Shown one piece after another: positions 1 through 13,189 of a stretch of DNA of 64,000 nucleotides (position 1 is its first letter; each line of letters begins with the position of its first letter). A model generated the notes under the pieces. The model did not search any database. It saw only the letters and a list, made by a program, of their open reading frames with translations, and was not told the DNA's origin. The position numbers and the translations under genes are program-made. Source of the DNA: Eledone cirrhosa (taxonomy: Eukaryota); contig OZ024741.1 in the NCBI GenBank assembly GCA_964016885.1, positions 295,554,001 to 295,618,000 on the forward strand. Direction: 5' to 3'.

Positions 1-174
1 GTCGGTAGAGGGTCGGACGCCATGCTTTGCAGCACAGTTACGTCCCTTTACGGATTGCGTTCAAATCCCGCCGAGGTTAACTTTGCCTTTCATCCTTACG
101 GGGTCGATAAAATAAAGTACCAGTAATACACTGGGATAATTGCTGGCCTTGTGCCAAAAGTAGAAACAATTATT
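1..174 (+). mobile_element. tRNA-derived SINE family A (5' end cut by window edge)
   Basis: B-box-like GTTCAAATCCC followed by ccgaggttaactttgcctttcatccttacggggtcgataaaataaagtaccagt; the same block recurs at about 8865, 30097 and 36244. Confidence 0.75.
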
Positions 175-292
175 TAATGTAATGTGTGTATATTTATTTT
201 ATTTTGAAAGACTTCAGGATGATTTGAGGGAAATTTGACTTCTATCTTCAACAAAGCAAATAACTACATAGAGGTTTGTTTAATAAAGTCTA

Positions 293-567
293 AAGTCTGT
301 CTTGAGCTCAGGGGTTTATCAGGCCTGTGCTCATTCCGGTTTCTGTGAAGCAACTGAAAGTACAAAACTTCCCCCTGGACAGGATGCCAGTCCATCACAG
401 GATTGAACCCCCAGTCACTGCTGGTACTCATTTTTCAGCTGTGTATACTGAAGCACCATGAAACGAAGTGTTTTGCTCAAGAAAACAACACACAACCCAG
501 TCCAGGAATCGAACCCATGATGTTATGATCATAAATCCATCACCCTAACCTCTAGGCCATGCCTCCA
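293..567 (-). mobile_element. tRNA-derived CORE-type SINE
   Basis: Minus strand has A-box tggcctagaggttag, B-box ggttcgattcc, then CORE-like ttgagcaaaacacttcgtttc...cagctgaaaaatgagtacc; several copies in window. Confidence 0.75.
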
Positions 568-1710
568 CTCATTCAAATACAACTAGTTTTCTTTCTAAGC
601 TATTTTGTAGCTTAATGCTAAACCTTACATTCTATCATAAATATTAGACAGTTTCATCTTACACATTAATACACAAGTTCTTCTGTCAAGTAAAACATCT
701 CAGAGAAAAGGTTTACACAAGAACTGTCATAGATACAGCAATAGAACAGCAATACAGGGATCAAGTGTTGTTCACCATTGATTTAATGTTGTCTGCTCAT
801 TTCCTTTCCACGTTTTCACCTTCACATTTTTATATTTGTATTAGATTTCCTTTTCTTTGTTATTGGAGCCTTAAGTTTTTGTTTTTTTATATAACAATTT
901 ATATTTAAGGCAAAACAAAAAGAAATGAAGTAAATTCACAATGGTTCTTAAATTCTCTGCTTGACCTCTCTCCTAACTCCTGATATTACAGTGTTTTTGT
1001 TCTTTCATATATGTCTTGCTTTTTACAAACACACACATACATACATACATACATACATACATACATACATACATACATACATACATACATACATACATTC
1101 ATACATATATGATATATATATATATATATATTATATCTTGTACTGTCATTTCTCTAATACGACGAGTGTGTTTAACTCTAACGCACTCAAGTATTTTTAT
1201 CTTATATATATATATATATATGAATTTTTATAAATTGTAGGATTCTCAGCGCAATGGGTAGCTGTAAACAGCTGATTACTATATGTATAGTAAAAAGTCA
1301 GGTTAAGATATAACCACATACTGAGCGGAGAAATGGAGAGAGGGAGATAAAGGAAGAAAGAGAGTCTAAAGCATGAGATGAGAAATGAGAGGGGTATAGA
1401 GAGAGAGAAGAAAAAAGCGGAATGAGATCGATGGAGCAGAACTTTTTGAGAATTGAGAAAAATAAATAAAAAATAATGGAAAAAGGATGAAGAAAGTAAA
1501 CTAACAAGAAAAATAGAATTTTAGTGTCATATGAATCATCAGCGCCCTTCTAGACCAACATGGTTTCTTGCAGGAAAAAATAGGAAGGACCATATATATA
1601 TAAGGCTAGCCAGTGCATCAGAACCTAAATTTCTGTTAGTCTGACACTGCAATACAGGAACAAGAGAGCAGTAGTAATAGCATGGGAGAAGGCGATAGTG
1701 TGTATATATA

Positions 1711-1769
<59 letters not shown>

Positions 1770-1773
<4 letters not shown>

Positions 1774-2194
1774 AAGATCGGAATTAAGAGTATTCCGCAG
1801 TTCACTGTAATAATAATAATAGCATTAGCTCTCAAAGAAGAATAGATAATTTCCTTCTGAACTCAAATGCAAGTATATATTACACAAAGAGAAGTGTGTT
1901 ACACAGTGAGATGTGTGTAAGGAATTATTACAAGTGAGTTTACCGTTACTGTATAGGGAACAAGTTAGCAATTAAATAGAAAAAAAACTAAGTCAGAATC
2001 AAATCTCTGGATTAGAGTTTTAAATTACAAACCTTATAACTATATTTTGCTGATACGAATCTCGCTTCGTTTCACCACTTATATGTGAAGTGTATCAGGT
2101 CACAGGATCCTCAGTCAGCAAATGCGAACACTTGTAATAATTCCTTACACACATCTCCCTGTGTAACACACTTTTCTTTGTGTAATATATACTT
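1770..2194 (-). mobile_element. Non-autonomous PLE-like cassette with hammerhead and inverted duplication
   Basis: About 66-bp inverted repeats at 1871-1936 and 2129-2194 enclose an HHR; the element ends in (TA)n. Confidence 0.6.
2046..2122 (-). ncRNA. Type I hammerhead ribozyme
   Basis: Minus strand: tttgctga-CTGAGGA-tcc...ggt-GAAAC-gaa gcgaga ttc-GTA-tcagcaaa; 8-bp stem I, 5-bp stem III, intact core. Confidence 0.85.
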
Positions 2195-2395
2195 ATATAT
2201 ATATACTTCATTTTTGTATTTGTTTTGCATGGCTTTTTTTATCTGAAAACGTGTGTGACAATAAACAACTAAACACCCATCCAGTTATTAAACTAACCAA
2301 CTGGGAGTTTATAATAAATTGAAGTAAAATTAAACAGGTGCATGTGTTTTCATTGGCAGCATGACCCTCCCAAAGTATATATATACATATATATC

Positions 2396-2901
2396 GGAGT
2401 AGGCAGACCCAGAAAAACCTGGGACGACTTGATAAATTCCGACCTCACACACTTACACCTCTCCAAGACAATGTCACTGGACCAAGATCTTTGGCGTTAC
2501 ACAGTAATACAGAAGACCCGCCTTGCCTAAGTACAAAGCAAAACCTACAGTCAGTAGACACCTCTAACAAAAATACACCCCCGCCCCATCCACACCACCC
2601 CTTTCGATGTAAAGTTATGTTGGTACCACAACATCCAGGCCGAAACAAGTGAGGTTGTGTAGGTGTCACGAAAAAAAAACACACAGTCCACGCTGTAATG
2701 TGGCCGTGTAGGCAACACGGTAAAAACCTCCCAGTCCACACTGTAAACGTGGTTGGTGTTAGGAAGGGCATCCAGCCGTAGAAAACCTGCCAGACAGTCC
2801 TATGCGAGCAAGACAACCAATCTTGCCTCAAGTGGGAAAACTCCCGTCCAAACCCATGCAAGCGTGGAAGATGAACGTTAAACGATGATGATGATGATGA
2901 T
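2396..2901 (+). mobile_element. RTE-type LINE 3' fragment
   Basis: GVGRPRKTWDDLINSDL C-terminal peptide, 3'UTR related to the young RTE copies, (GAT)n tail. Confidence 0.75.
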
Positions 2902-3129
2902 ACCAAGTGTTACTATAGTTACAATAAGGTAACATCAATTGAATAAGCTGAGATAGTCCCTATAAACTCAATAATGCGAGAGATGAATTAATTCCTCAAT
3001 CAGAGTGAACACATTAAGTTATTTGAGTGAAACACCTTGAACAATATATAGACCGTGTGTATGCAACTATAGTATATAGCATCAACAACAACGAATACCA
3101 AAGGAAAAAGAATTTCTTATTTCGTATGA

Positions 3130-3285
3130 ATCTCAGAATTAACCTTCTTCTTTGCTCAACTGATCTGACTGGATCCCCAAGCGAGATCCATCCATCTTGC
3201 TCAGGGTCTAACCCTGGGTCTCCTGCCAGTCGGTTTTGCCTGTAAAATCTGTCCAGCGATTCTTTTCTGAGACATTTAGTCATCT
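3130..3285 (-). mobile_element. Degraded RTE-like LINE 3' fragment
   Basis: Similar to 33660-33780 (ggcaggagacccagggttagaccctgagcaagatgg). Confidence 0.5.
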
Positions 3286-3544
3286 TTTCAGCATATAATA
3301 AACAAAAGCACTAATACAGCATAATTCAGAATAAAGACGCACATGAACCCACATACAATATATTTACATATAATAAACACACATGTAGTCTTTCTGCAAA
3401 CATATCATAGCTACTTCAGCAAGCAGAGTAGAAGGAGCAGAGAATGATTTCGTTGTTTACCCATCTCAACCTTCTCAGGTGCTGAAGTATGGAAGAGAAT
3501 ACTCCTGATAGAATTTTCAAAATTTCAGTAAGTAATCTGTCTTA

Positions 3545-3953
3545 TTTGAACAACAACAATGAATGCAACAATCGAAATCGAAACAATTTCAACAACAACT
3601 GCAACAACTTCAGCAACCACAACTGTAATAATAACATCAACCACAACAGTAATAATAACATCAACTTCAACAACAACTGCAACAACAATAACAACAACAG
3701 CTTTAGTAAGAACAGCTACAAAAATAACTGCAACAATTTCACCAGCAACAATAACAGCAACTGCAACAACAAAAGCTACAAAAATAACTGCAACAATTGC
3801 AGCAACAACAACAGCCACAAAATAACTGCAACAACAACCACAACAATAACTGCAACTGCAACAACAATAGCCACAAAATAACTGCAACAACTGCAACAAC
3901 AACAGCCACAACAACAACAACCACAACAATGACTGCAACTGCAACAACAATAG
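3545..3953. repeat. Degenerate (AAC)n low-complexity tract
   Basis: Direct reading; produces poly-N, poly-T and poly-V ORFs. Confidence 0.9.
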
Positions 3954-4140
3954 ACATATGAGAGAGTGAGATGTAGGAGTAAAATCTGTCTCACTTGTCT
4001 AGTGTGACAGATTATTGAATAAAGACAGACATCATGAAAGCACATCAATGGCTGATAATAAAAATTGTTATTCATGACTGACTTACCACCATATATATAT
4101 ATATGTGTGTGTGTGTACATGCATATGTAATTATATATAT

Positions 4141-4795
4141 ATATAAGTATGTATATATACGTACATACATATAAGTATACAGATGCACAGTAGTATGTAT
4201 ATATATACATACATGCACATATATATATATGTACGTATGGATTTACCAAACATTTATTATAATGCTCGGTGTGTTTGTAAACAAACATCCCGAATTAAGC
4301 AGTACAGTGTCTAGCAACCATCATTGCTCATTTGTTCAACACTGACAAAGGAACGATGTACTAGTTTCAAGCTTATTAGCTATCGTCAGCACCGTATACC
4401 TTTCTGCCAGATGATTGAATGTCTGAAAGTATATACTTTCCTTATGCATATTAATGGCTGAGCAGCCTAATTTGCATATCGAGTGAGTTAATCGGCCGGG
4501 TGCACCGAAAACGATAAACGGAAAAAATGAAACGAAATTTCATTTCTCACTCTTAGTACGGCTGTTACTTAAATATAAGTATGTATATATATGTACATAC
4601 ATATACGTATACAGACGTACAGTAGTATGTATATATATACATACATGCACACATATATATATGTATGTATGGATTTAGCGTATTTATATGTATATGTCTG
4701 TATACATATATGTATGTACGTATATATACATACTTATATTTAAGTAACAACCGTACTAAGACTGAGAAATGAAATTTCGTTTCATTTTTTCCATT

Positions 4796-4797
<2 letters not shown>
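4141..4797 (-). mobile_element. HHR-bearing partial-tandem cassette (about 432-bp monomer) with terminal fold-back
   Basis: Direct repeat 4141-4245 / 4573-4677; inverted arms 4520-4616 / 4696-4792; related copy at 44362-44703. Confidence 0.65.
4353..4395 (-). ncRNA. Minimal type I hammerhead ribozyme with palindromic stem III
   Basis: Minus strand: acggtg-CTGACGA-tagct aata agctt-GAAACTAGTA-catcgt. Confidence 0.85.
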
Positions 4798-4842
<45 letters not shown>

Positions 4843-5004
4843 GTATATATATATATGTATATATAAACAGTTACATATGCATGTACACACACAAACATTC
4901 ACATATCCATTGCATGCACTTGCACAGCACACACATACACACACAAACAGTCATATATATATATATGTGTGTGTGTGCGTGTGTTTGTGTGTGTGTGTGT
5001 GTTT

Positions 5005-5251
5005 ATCATCATCATCACCATAGTTTAAAGTCTATTTTCCACACTAGCATGGGTTAGACGAGTTTGTCCCATTATAGGCAAGTTGAGTCAGGTGACCATG
5101 TCTCACTTATATAGGAAAGTTTCTGGCTGGTTTTCTATGGCTGGATGCCCTTCCTGGCGCCAACCACATTTACAGTGTGTGCTGGGTGCTTTTTGTTGTG
5201 TCTCCTATACGACCGCTTTACAGTGAAAGCTGGATGTTTTGTAGTACCAAC

Positions 5252-5252
<1 letters not shown>
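5005..5252 (-). mobile_element. RTE-type LINE 3'UTR fragment
   Basis: ggctggatgcccttcc motif and (ATC)n tail shared with other RTE ends. Confidence 0.6.
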
Positions 5253-5297
<45 letters not shown>

Positions 5298-5319
5298 TGC
5301 ATTCCCCAAAAACATGTTG

Positions 5320-5545
5320 ATGGGCCTAAGTCAGTCGCAACAAATATTCCAGTTGTTTGATTAATGGAACAACCTGCTCATGAACTTAATATGAAAGTGG
5401 TTGAACATTCCACAGACATATGTTCCAGCTGAGTTGACTGGAGCAATGTGAAATAAAGTATCTTGCTCACAAACACAACACACTGCCAGGAATCCAACTC
5501 CTGTCCTTATGATTGTGTGCCAAACAGCCTAACCACTAAGCCACA
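5320..5545 (-). mobile_element. Degraded CORE-type SINE
   Basis: ctggagcaatgtgaaataaagtatcttgctca and ctaaccactaagccac match other copies. Confidence 0.6.
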
Positions 5546-5701
5546 TCTTCATACAACATACATACACACAAGCATACATACACACACACAAACACACACA
5601 TACACACACACATACACACACACATACAAACATATCTAAACACACATATATACACATATGCATACACACACTCATACAAACACACAAACACACATACATA
5701 T

Positions 5702-5963
5702 ATACACCTTCAGCTTCATACCCATCATTATTGGAGCTACAGGCTATATACCAACCCACTTGGACCAAAGTATGACAGAACTTGGATTTATGGACAAAGA
5801 GCGCATCTCCCTAATTCATAGACTATAAATGGCTGCAATAGCTGGCACCTTCAAAATTTGCAAAACATTCTTGCGATTCAAGTGTTGACAATTTCTTTTC
5901 TTATTCAACCTTGCCACCAGGAAGGTGGCCGGTCAAGAATGTACACGAAATTAAGAGAAAGAG

Positions 5964-5967
<4 letters not shown>
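5702..5967 (+). mobile_element. 3' remnant of a restriction-like-endonuclease (R4/NeSL-type) non-LTR element
   Basis: Translates YTFSFIPIIIGATGYIPTHL...AAIAGTFKICKTF with an internal stop; embedded in (CA)/(TACA)n. Confidence 0.5.
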
Positions 5968-5998
<31 letters not shown>

Positions 5999-7787
5999 TA
6001 CATACATACATACATACATACATACATACATACATACATACATACTTACATACTTACTGAACCACAAAAAAAGCAAAACTTCAACTCATGGGAAAATAAT
6101 GCTGTTATATTTGGTGTATCAACTGGCTAAAATCAGATTTGCCTGCATCAATGGTCGACATTGTTTTTAATCAATAGAATATCTGGAGAAAGTTTTTTTG
6201 TGATGTTTATCTTTTCAGCTGAAATAGCAGCTTATCATGGGTCTTTTTTAGTTTTGAAACTTTGGTTAAATATAGGAAAAAATCTAAAACTAAAACTAGA
6301 ACTAAAAGACACCAGTGTGTAGTTAGTGTGCGATGTTTGATGGTAGTGAAACATAGTTGGCGAATGAATGTGTAGAATTACAGGAGTTTGTGGTTGCTTG
6401 AAGGAAATGAGGTGTGTATGCTCTGTTAGATGTGTAATGTTGCTAATGTTAGTATGTAGAGCTGGCATCTGGGTATTTAGTGTCCCCTTTTCTCAATTAT
6501 TCACCCCGTTCACCCAAATAAAATAATTTCAACCTTGTTTGGTAAGTTGACAAACCTAGATTTTGGCACTGCATACTTTGACCACACTAAGAAAATTACA
6601 AAGCTAGAATTTTCCACTACACAGTCCACATTCATCCATAACAAATTATGTGACAGGCCATATCCCCATACAGATGTTTTCTGATTTATTTATTGATCAC
6701 AGGAGATTATTGTACATTTCTATAGAACTGGGATTCTTTAAAGTTCAGGAACCCACATCTCTGATGTCTGAGCTCTAGTTGTCCTTATTGGTGGTGGTGG
6801 TGGTAGTAGTAATAGTAGTAGCAGCAACAGCCTTCTAGTGTACATAAATGATGGTGCAGAAAGGAGAAGAGAAGAAGGCTGAGTATATAATAAGAAGAAT
6901 CAAAAGTTTGGCAATTGAATGTGGAGAACTGTGAAGTTGTTGAGACTAGAAAGAAATTATGTGAGATTAATCTGTTAGATGTGTAATGTTAAAGTAGAAT
7001 AGAGTTCAAATGAGTTGAAAGAAAGACTGAATATAAGAGAAAGTAGATGGTTTGAGGTTTTATTCTTTACTGTCTAACCCATGCAAGCGTGGAAAAATGG
7101 ACGTTAAACAGTGATGATGATGATGATGATGATGTTGTGTGAGGGAAGGAAGGGTACTAACCATGACCTTTTACAGGGTCTTTAATGCTGGTAGGAGATG
7201 GCAAAGGGGAAGGCATCCCCAAACTGGAGGCCTGGCTTGAATACCTGCAAAAAAGGTGGACTCTATTAAAGGTACTCAAGGGCCAGGTGGTGGTTTTAAA
7301 CCAAGCAATAAAAGAGAGGAAACAGAGCTGTTACAAAAAACAGGGTAGTTATGAAAGATGAACATTGGGTGAAGAAGTACCAAATGACCCAAGTGGAAGG
7401 AAGCTGTGGGAGGGAAAAAACTGATGAAACCTGATCTCAGAATGATGAAGCTCATGAAAGAGATGATAAGGGACTCTAACAAGTGGTGATAGGCTGGGAT
7501 GGAAAAGATACATTCAACTCATGTGAACATGAAAAGATGGACATTAAAATTATGTGTGTGTGTGAGTGAGTGTGTATACATTAACAGTTACTTTAATAAG
7601 TGTGTGTGTAAATATATATAGCCTTCGTGTGATTGCTCCAAGACGTGTTGACAGAAGGACTCTTGAAATCTAAATGGATTTCAGCTGCTAAATGGCAGAA
7701 TATGTATGTATATATTTGTAGGATACATGTATAGATATATATATATATGTATGTGTGTGTATGTATATTAATGTGTGTATGTGTATT

Positions 7788-7847
<60 letters not shown>

Positions 7848-8864
7848 CATGTATGTGTGTATATATATATATATATGAACACACATATATAGTTATATGT
7901 TGTTGCTATTTTGGGTATTGCAACTGCTGTTGTTGTTGTTGCTATTATTTTTATTGTTATTATGTTTGTTAAAATTTTCCCCTCTTCTTATATTACACAA
8001 TTCAGTGATATTTGATAAAAATTAGATTAATATCTTGCAGCTGTTTAATGAGAAAATTTAGAGAATGCTAATTATTGCTGCAGTTTTATTGCTTAAAAAT
8101 GTATCAGTGTATATATGTATGTGTGACTATCTGTGTGTGTGTGTTGGGGGGGGGGGTTATATGTGTGGCTATTTGGTACTGTATGTATCTTTGTATGTGT
8201 GTATGTGTATATGTATGTCTGTGTGTCTATGTTGTCCTGTATGTGTCAGTGTGTGTATATGTGTATATGTATGTTGATGTGTCTATGTGGATCCCTATGT
8301 ATGCATGTGCATGTATTTATGTGTGTCTCTGTGTCAATATGCATGTGCTTCTGTGCATGTATGTAATTAAGTATTATTATGTAATTGTATATGTGATTTT
8401 ATGTATGGGTGTATTTCCCCCACGTCATTTAACATCCGCCTTCCATGCTGGTATGGGTTGGACAGCTTGTTGTGTTTTGAGGCTAGATAGGTCAGAGAGA
8501 CCTCGTCTTGTATATGTCTTCTATATTTGGTATGGTTTCTAAGGCTGGATGCCCTCCCTAACACTAGCCACCTTACAGGGTGTACTGGGTGTTTTTCATG
8601 GCAGCAGCACTACCACTCTACAGAGTGTACTAGGGTGCATTTTATCATGGCAAGAGAGGTTCTTATATGCTTGGCCAGCTTAAAGAGTCCTCTTTACAAT
8701 ATATTGTCTCTGATTGCAAACTGCATGTTAGAGTATATTGGATACATTCTATCATAGCACAATATTATCTTACTACGTAATGGACTTCTCTACTCCATGT
8801 AATCACCAATCTCTCGTTTTATTCACTTTTAATATCACAGTGTCTGTACAAGTAGACAGGTATT

Positions 8865-9012
8865 ATTGGCAGCAGAGTTACGGCCCTTTATGATCTGAGT
8901 TCAAATCTCGCCGAGGTAATTTTGCCTTTCGTCCTTATGGGGTCGATAAAATAAAGTACCAGTAATGCACTGAGTAATTGCTGGCCTTGTGCCAAAAGTA
9001 GAAACAATTATT
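8865..9012 (+). mobile_element. SINE family A copy
   Basis: Matches 1-174. Confidence 0.7.
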
Positions 9013-9239
9013 CTTATACAGGGTGGTGTTATAGAATGTCAAGTCATTTGCATTACAGAACTCTAGGAGCCTTGATCCCTCTTCATATCTCACCCCAAGT
9101 ACACTGTGAAGTCCATGTTCAACATGTCCAAGTCTATATATGTATGATTCCTGATGTATATTGGGAGGTAACCACTGTCAAAAAAGGCACTCAATATGTT
9201 AGTAGAGTATAGGTATATTCATTTTATTATAGAAATGAA

Positions 9240-9284
9240 TTCTACAGGACTAGAACTGTTTTATTCATAAGAAATCATCAGGAA
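9240..9284 (-). ncRNA. Degenerate hammerhead (GAAA changed to AAAA), family of 39497 and 58715
   Basis: Minus strand: ttc-CTGATGA-tttcttatgaat-AAAAC-agttctagtcct-GTA-gaa. Confidence 0.6.
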
Positions 9285-9589
9285 AGTCAGATAATTTTTG
9301 TCAGCTTCAGTATTTATAGTTTCATTGGAATGGGTGTTGGGAATGGTTATAGTGGGGGATGGATAGATAGAGAGGGATGTAGTGTAGTGGGTGATGGAGT
9401 GAAGGTGAAGTACTGTAAATGTGGTTGGTGCTAGGAAGGGCATCCAACTGTAGAAAGCCAGCCAGAAACAGTCCTATATGAGCGATACATGGTCACCCGA
9501 CTCAACTTGCCTCTAATGGGATAAACCTGTCTAATCCATGTTAGCATGGCAGATAGACGTTAAACAATGATGATGATATATATATATAT

Positions 9590-9881
9590 TCAATTCAATC
9601 CAGGGCCTTTTCACTCCTACCGGAGGAACCCCTCCCTGATTGACCTCCACTATTTTCTGTTTTAGTTTTGGTCATGTCAGGAGTGTAACCGTACTCCACC
9701 ACCCTTGACCACTTGCAGGTTGGTGAGGGGATTTAACCCATAGCTGGGTAAACTCATTTCTACAACTGACTGAACTGGAGCAACATGAAATAAAGTCTTT
9801 TGCTCAGGAATACAACGCAAAGTCCGAGAATCAAACTCACAACAGGATTGTAAGCCCAGCACTCTAACCACTAAGCTATGG
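9590..9881 (-). mobile_element. CORE-type SINE with body homologous to 55705-55850
   Basis: tRNA head and CORE at 9750-9881; tail aligns by eye with 55705-55850. Confidence 0.55.
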
Positions 9882-10060
9882 TAGAGGTAGACAAAGAAAG
9901 ACCTGAGCTGAGGTTATGAGAGCTGACCTCAAATCACAGATTCACAGAGGTGATGACAAAGGATCGTGATGTGTAGAGAAATGCCATCCTGAGAAGAACC
10001 CATCCAGCCCATGCAAGTGTGGAACTGCGGATGTAAAAATGACAAGGTTAATGATGATAG

Positions 10061-10112
<52 letters not shown>

Positions 10113-10978
10113 GTGTGTGTGTGTGTGTGTGCGTGTATGTGTGTGTTTGAATTCTTTTGGTTTTCCATGCATATATGCATGTCTTTGTACATAATTGAAT
10201 GTGTATGCATATGAATATATGGTGTGTGTGAGTGTTAGAGAGAAAGAGAGAGAGGGGTGTCTTGATGTGTGTGTGAATGTGTAATGTATGTGTGCAAATG
10301 TATAATATTTTTCTGTACTTAGTATGTGTGAAATAAATATTTCAGTTTTATGAGTATATGAGTATGTGTATATGAGTATGTGTATATGAGTATGTGTATA
10401 TGAGTATGTGTATATGAGTATATGAGTATGTCTATGTAAGTCAATGTGTGCGTGTGGGTGCGGCAGGTGGGGGTAATATGTGTGTGCCTATGTATATATG
10501 TGTGTGAGTGTGTTAGTATGTATGCACATGTGTGTGTAAATGAGTATATATGTATGTATATACTTGTGTGAGTGAGTGAATGTTGGTGCAGGTGTGGGTG
10601 AGGGAGTGTAAGGAGAGCGGGGTAGTATGTGTGTGTGTGTGTATATATGTGTGTGAGTATTACTATGTGTGTATGTATATGTGTGAGTGAGTGTATATGT
10701 GTATTTACTTGTGTGAGTGTATATGTGTATATGTGTATATGTGTATATTATCATCATCACTGTTTGGTGTATATGTGTGTGTGTGTGTGTATGTGTGTAT
10801 GTTTGGGTATATGAGTGTATGTATGTATCTACTTGTGTGATTGAGTGTAGGTGCATGTAGGTGTGTATAGTTGCATATATGGACGTGACTGATGGCATGT
10901 ATGTGTGTGTGTCTGTATATATATATATATAATATATATATATACATATATGGTGTATATGTTTGTGCATCTATGTCA

Positions 10979-11018
<40 letters not shown>

Positions 11019-11413
11019 ATATATATATATATTTATATATATATATATACATACATACACACACACATAGATGTGTGTGTATATATAAATATATATATAT
11101 ATATATATACACACACATATATGGTGTATATGTTTGTGCATCTATGTGTGTGTGTGTATGTATGTATATATATACACACACATATATTGTGTATGTGTTT
11201 GTGCATGTGTATGTGTGCTTTTACCTAAATAACCAGAAAACAGATAATCTAGCAAACTATAATTTATTCAAAGTGGACCAAACTTGAAGTGTTAATGCTT
11301 TTATAATGAACCTTCAGGGATTTCACATTATACGCATACACACAGACAGACACATAAACACATACATAGACACAAACACACACACAGAGATAAACATAGA
11401 GTTCCACACACAC

Positions 11414-11544
<131 letters not shown>

Positions 11545-11910
11545 TACATACATATACACAGGAGAAGAAGGGAGAGAGAGAAAGAAAGTGTCATGCACAT
11601 AGACAAACATAGAGAGAAAGAGAGAGTCTCACACACACATATATATACACATGGGTGCACATACACAGATATTTGGAGAAAGAGAGAGACTCACACATAT
11701 ATACATTCATACATATGTATATACTAGATACATACATTTGCACATATAAAGTTATGTACATGAATACATGCGTAAGTATATATAAATACATATATATGTA
11801 CATACGTATATATTAAATACATAGATTTGGAGATATAAAGTTAAGTGCATACATAAATGCATATATATGTGTGTGTTTGCTATTTAATATATATCATCAT
11901 CATCATCTTA

Positions 11911-11966
<56 letters not shown>

Positions 11967-13189
11967 TTATAACTTTATCATATGCTTCGTCTGCTTAGCA
12001 CACAACCTAATTATATATCTTAATTAACTTCCATGCTAATAATATGTAAACTAGCACATCCATTTCAGAATACTACTATCATTGATAGAATAATATATAA
12101 GGCTCTCGGTTGCATATTTCCTTCTTGCAGTTTAGATGATGTACATACTTTCTGATGGGGATCCCCACTCTGAACATCGATTCACAGCAATATTTTTCAA
12201 TTTACAGAGAAACATGTATGTTTGTTATGTTAACATGACTATAAACATAAACTGGCATCAACGTATTACAGATTAGAGTTTATACAAAATTTGCCCAAGA
12301 TAACAACTACAATTGCTCAAAGGCAGATATGATTTGCTGGACATTGCTGAAGAAGTAAGCAGAAAAATATGGAAAGGTTTGAGAGATGTAACAGAAATAT
12401 TGCATAAGAGTCTTTTATTAAATACTGACAGTGGCATCAACTTATTACAAATGAAAGTTTGTAAGGAAACTTGCTCAAGATAACAGCTACAATTGCTCAA
12501 AGATGGTTATGATTTGTAGGACTTTGTTGGAAAAGTAAGCAGGAAGTTATACGCAAGCTACTATTGCGGGAACCAACTCATGGGAGACACAGTAGAGAAA
12601 GACCTGCTTGAACATTCATTGATCAACTCTCAGATGATACAAACCTCAGTAGAGAGTAGTTGCCAGGAGCAATGGAAAATTGTAAATTGTAGGAGAGCAT
12701 TTGTCAGGAACGTTCGACTGTGTTTGCAATGATGATGATGATGACATGTCTGTATAGTTAAAATGTGTTACACATTTTCACACTTTTGATTACTTCTTTT
12801 CTGTATATATGCAGATATAACTTTATCATTTAGGCATAATTACTTCTGAAAGAGGATACCTCACATTCTTTTACTTTCAATGAATATAGCTATGACCAGG
12901 TGATGTTGATGTCATCAGACAGTGTCCAAAGTTCATTGGGTGTTTAAACACTTAACCCTTAAAACCCTCTATGTAAAGATACTTGAATCATCATTTTTCT
13001 TTGACCTTCTCCTCTCTTGTCACTTTGGTCATCACTGTATTTCATTTTACATTCATATAAATAAAAAAAATAATAAAATTTTCCACAATTTTATATCATT
13101 ATCAAACATATATTGACTAAATTACAATGATTTTGTACTACCTATCTATCTATTTGTCTATCTATCTATCTTCAACAACTGATTCTTTT

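Noticed and set aside
3453-3536. Possible minus-strand exon (LLTEILKILSGVFSSILQHLRRLRW between AG and GT)
   Set aside because: Weak acceptor, no recognisable homology and no partner exons; would need RNA-seq
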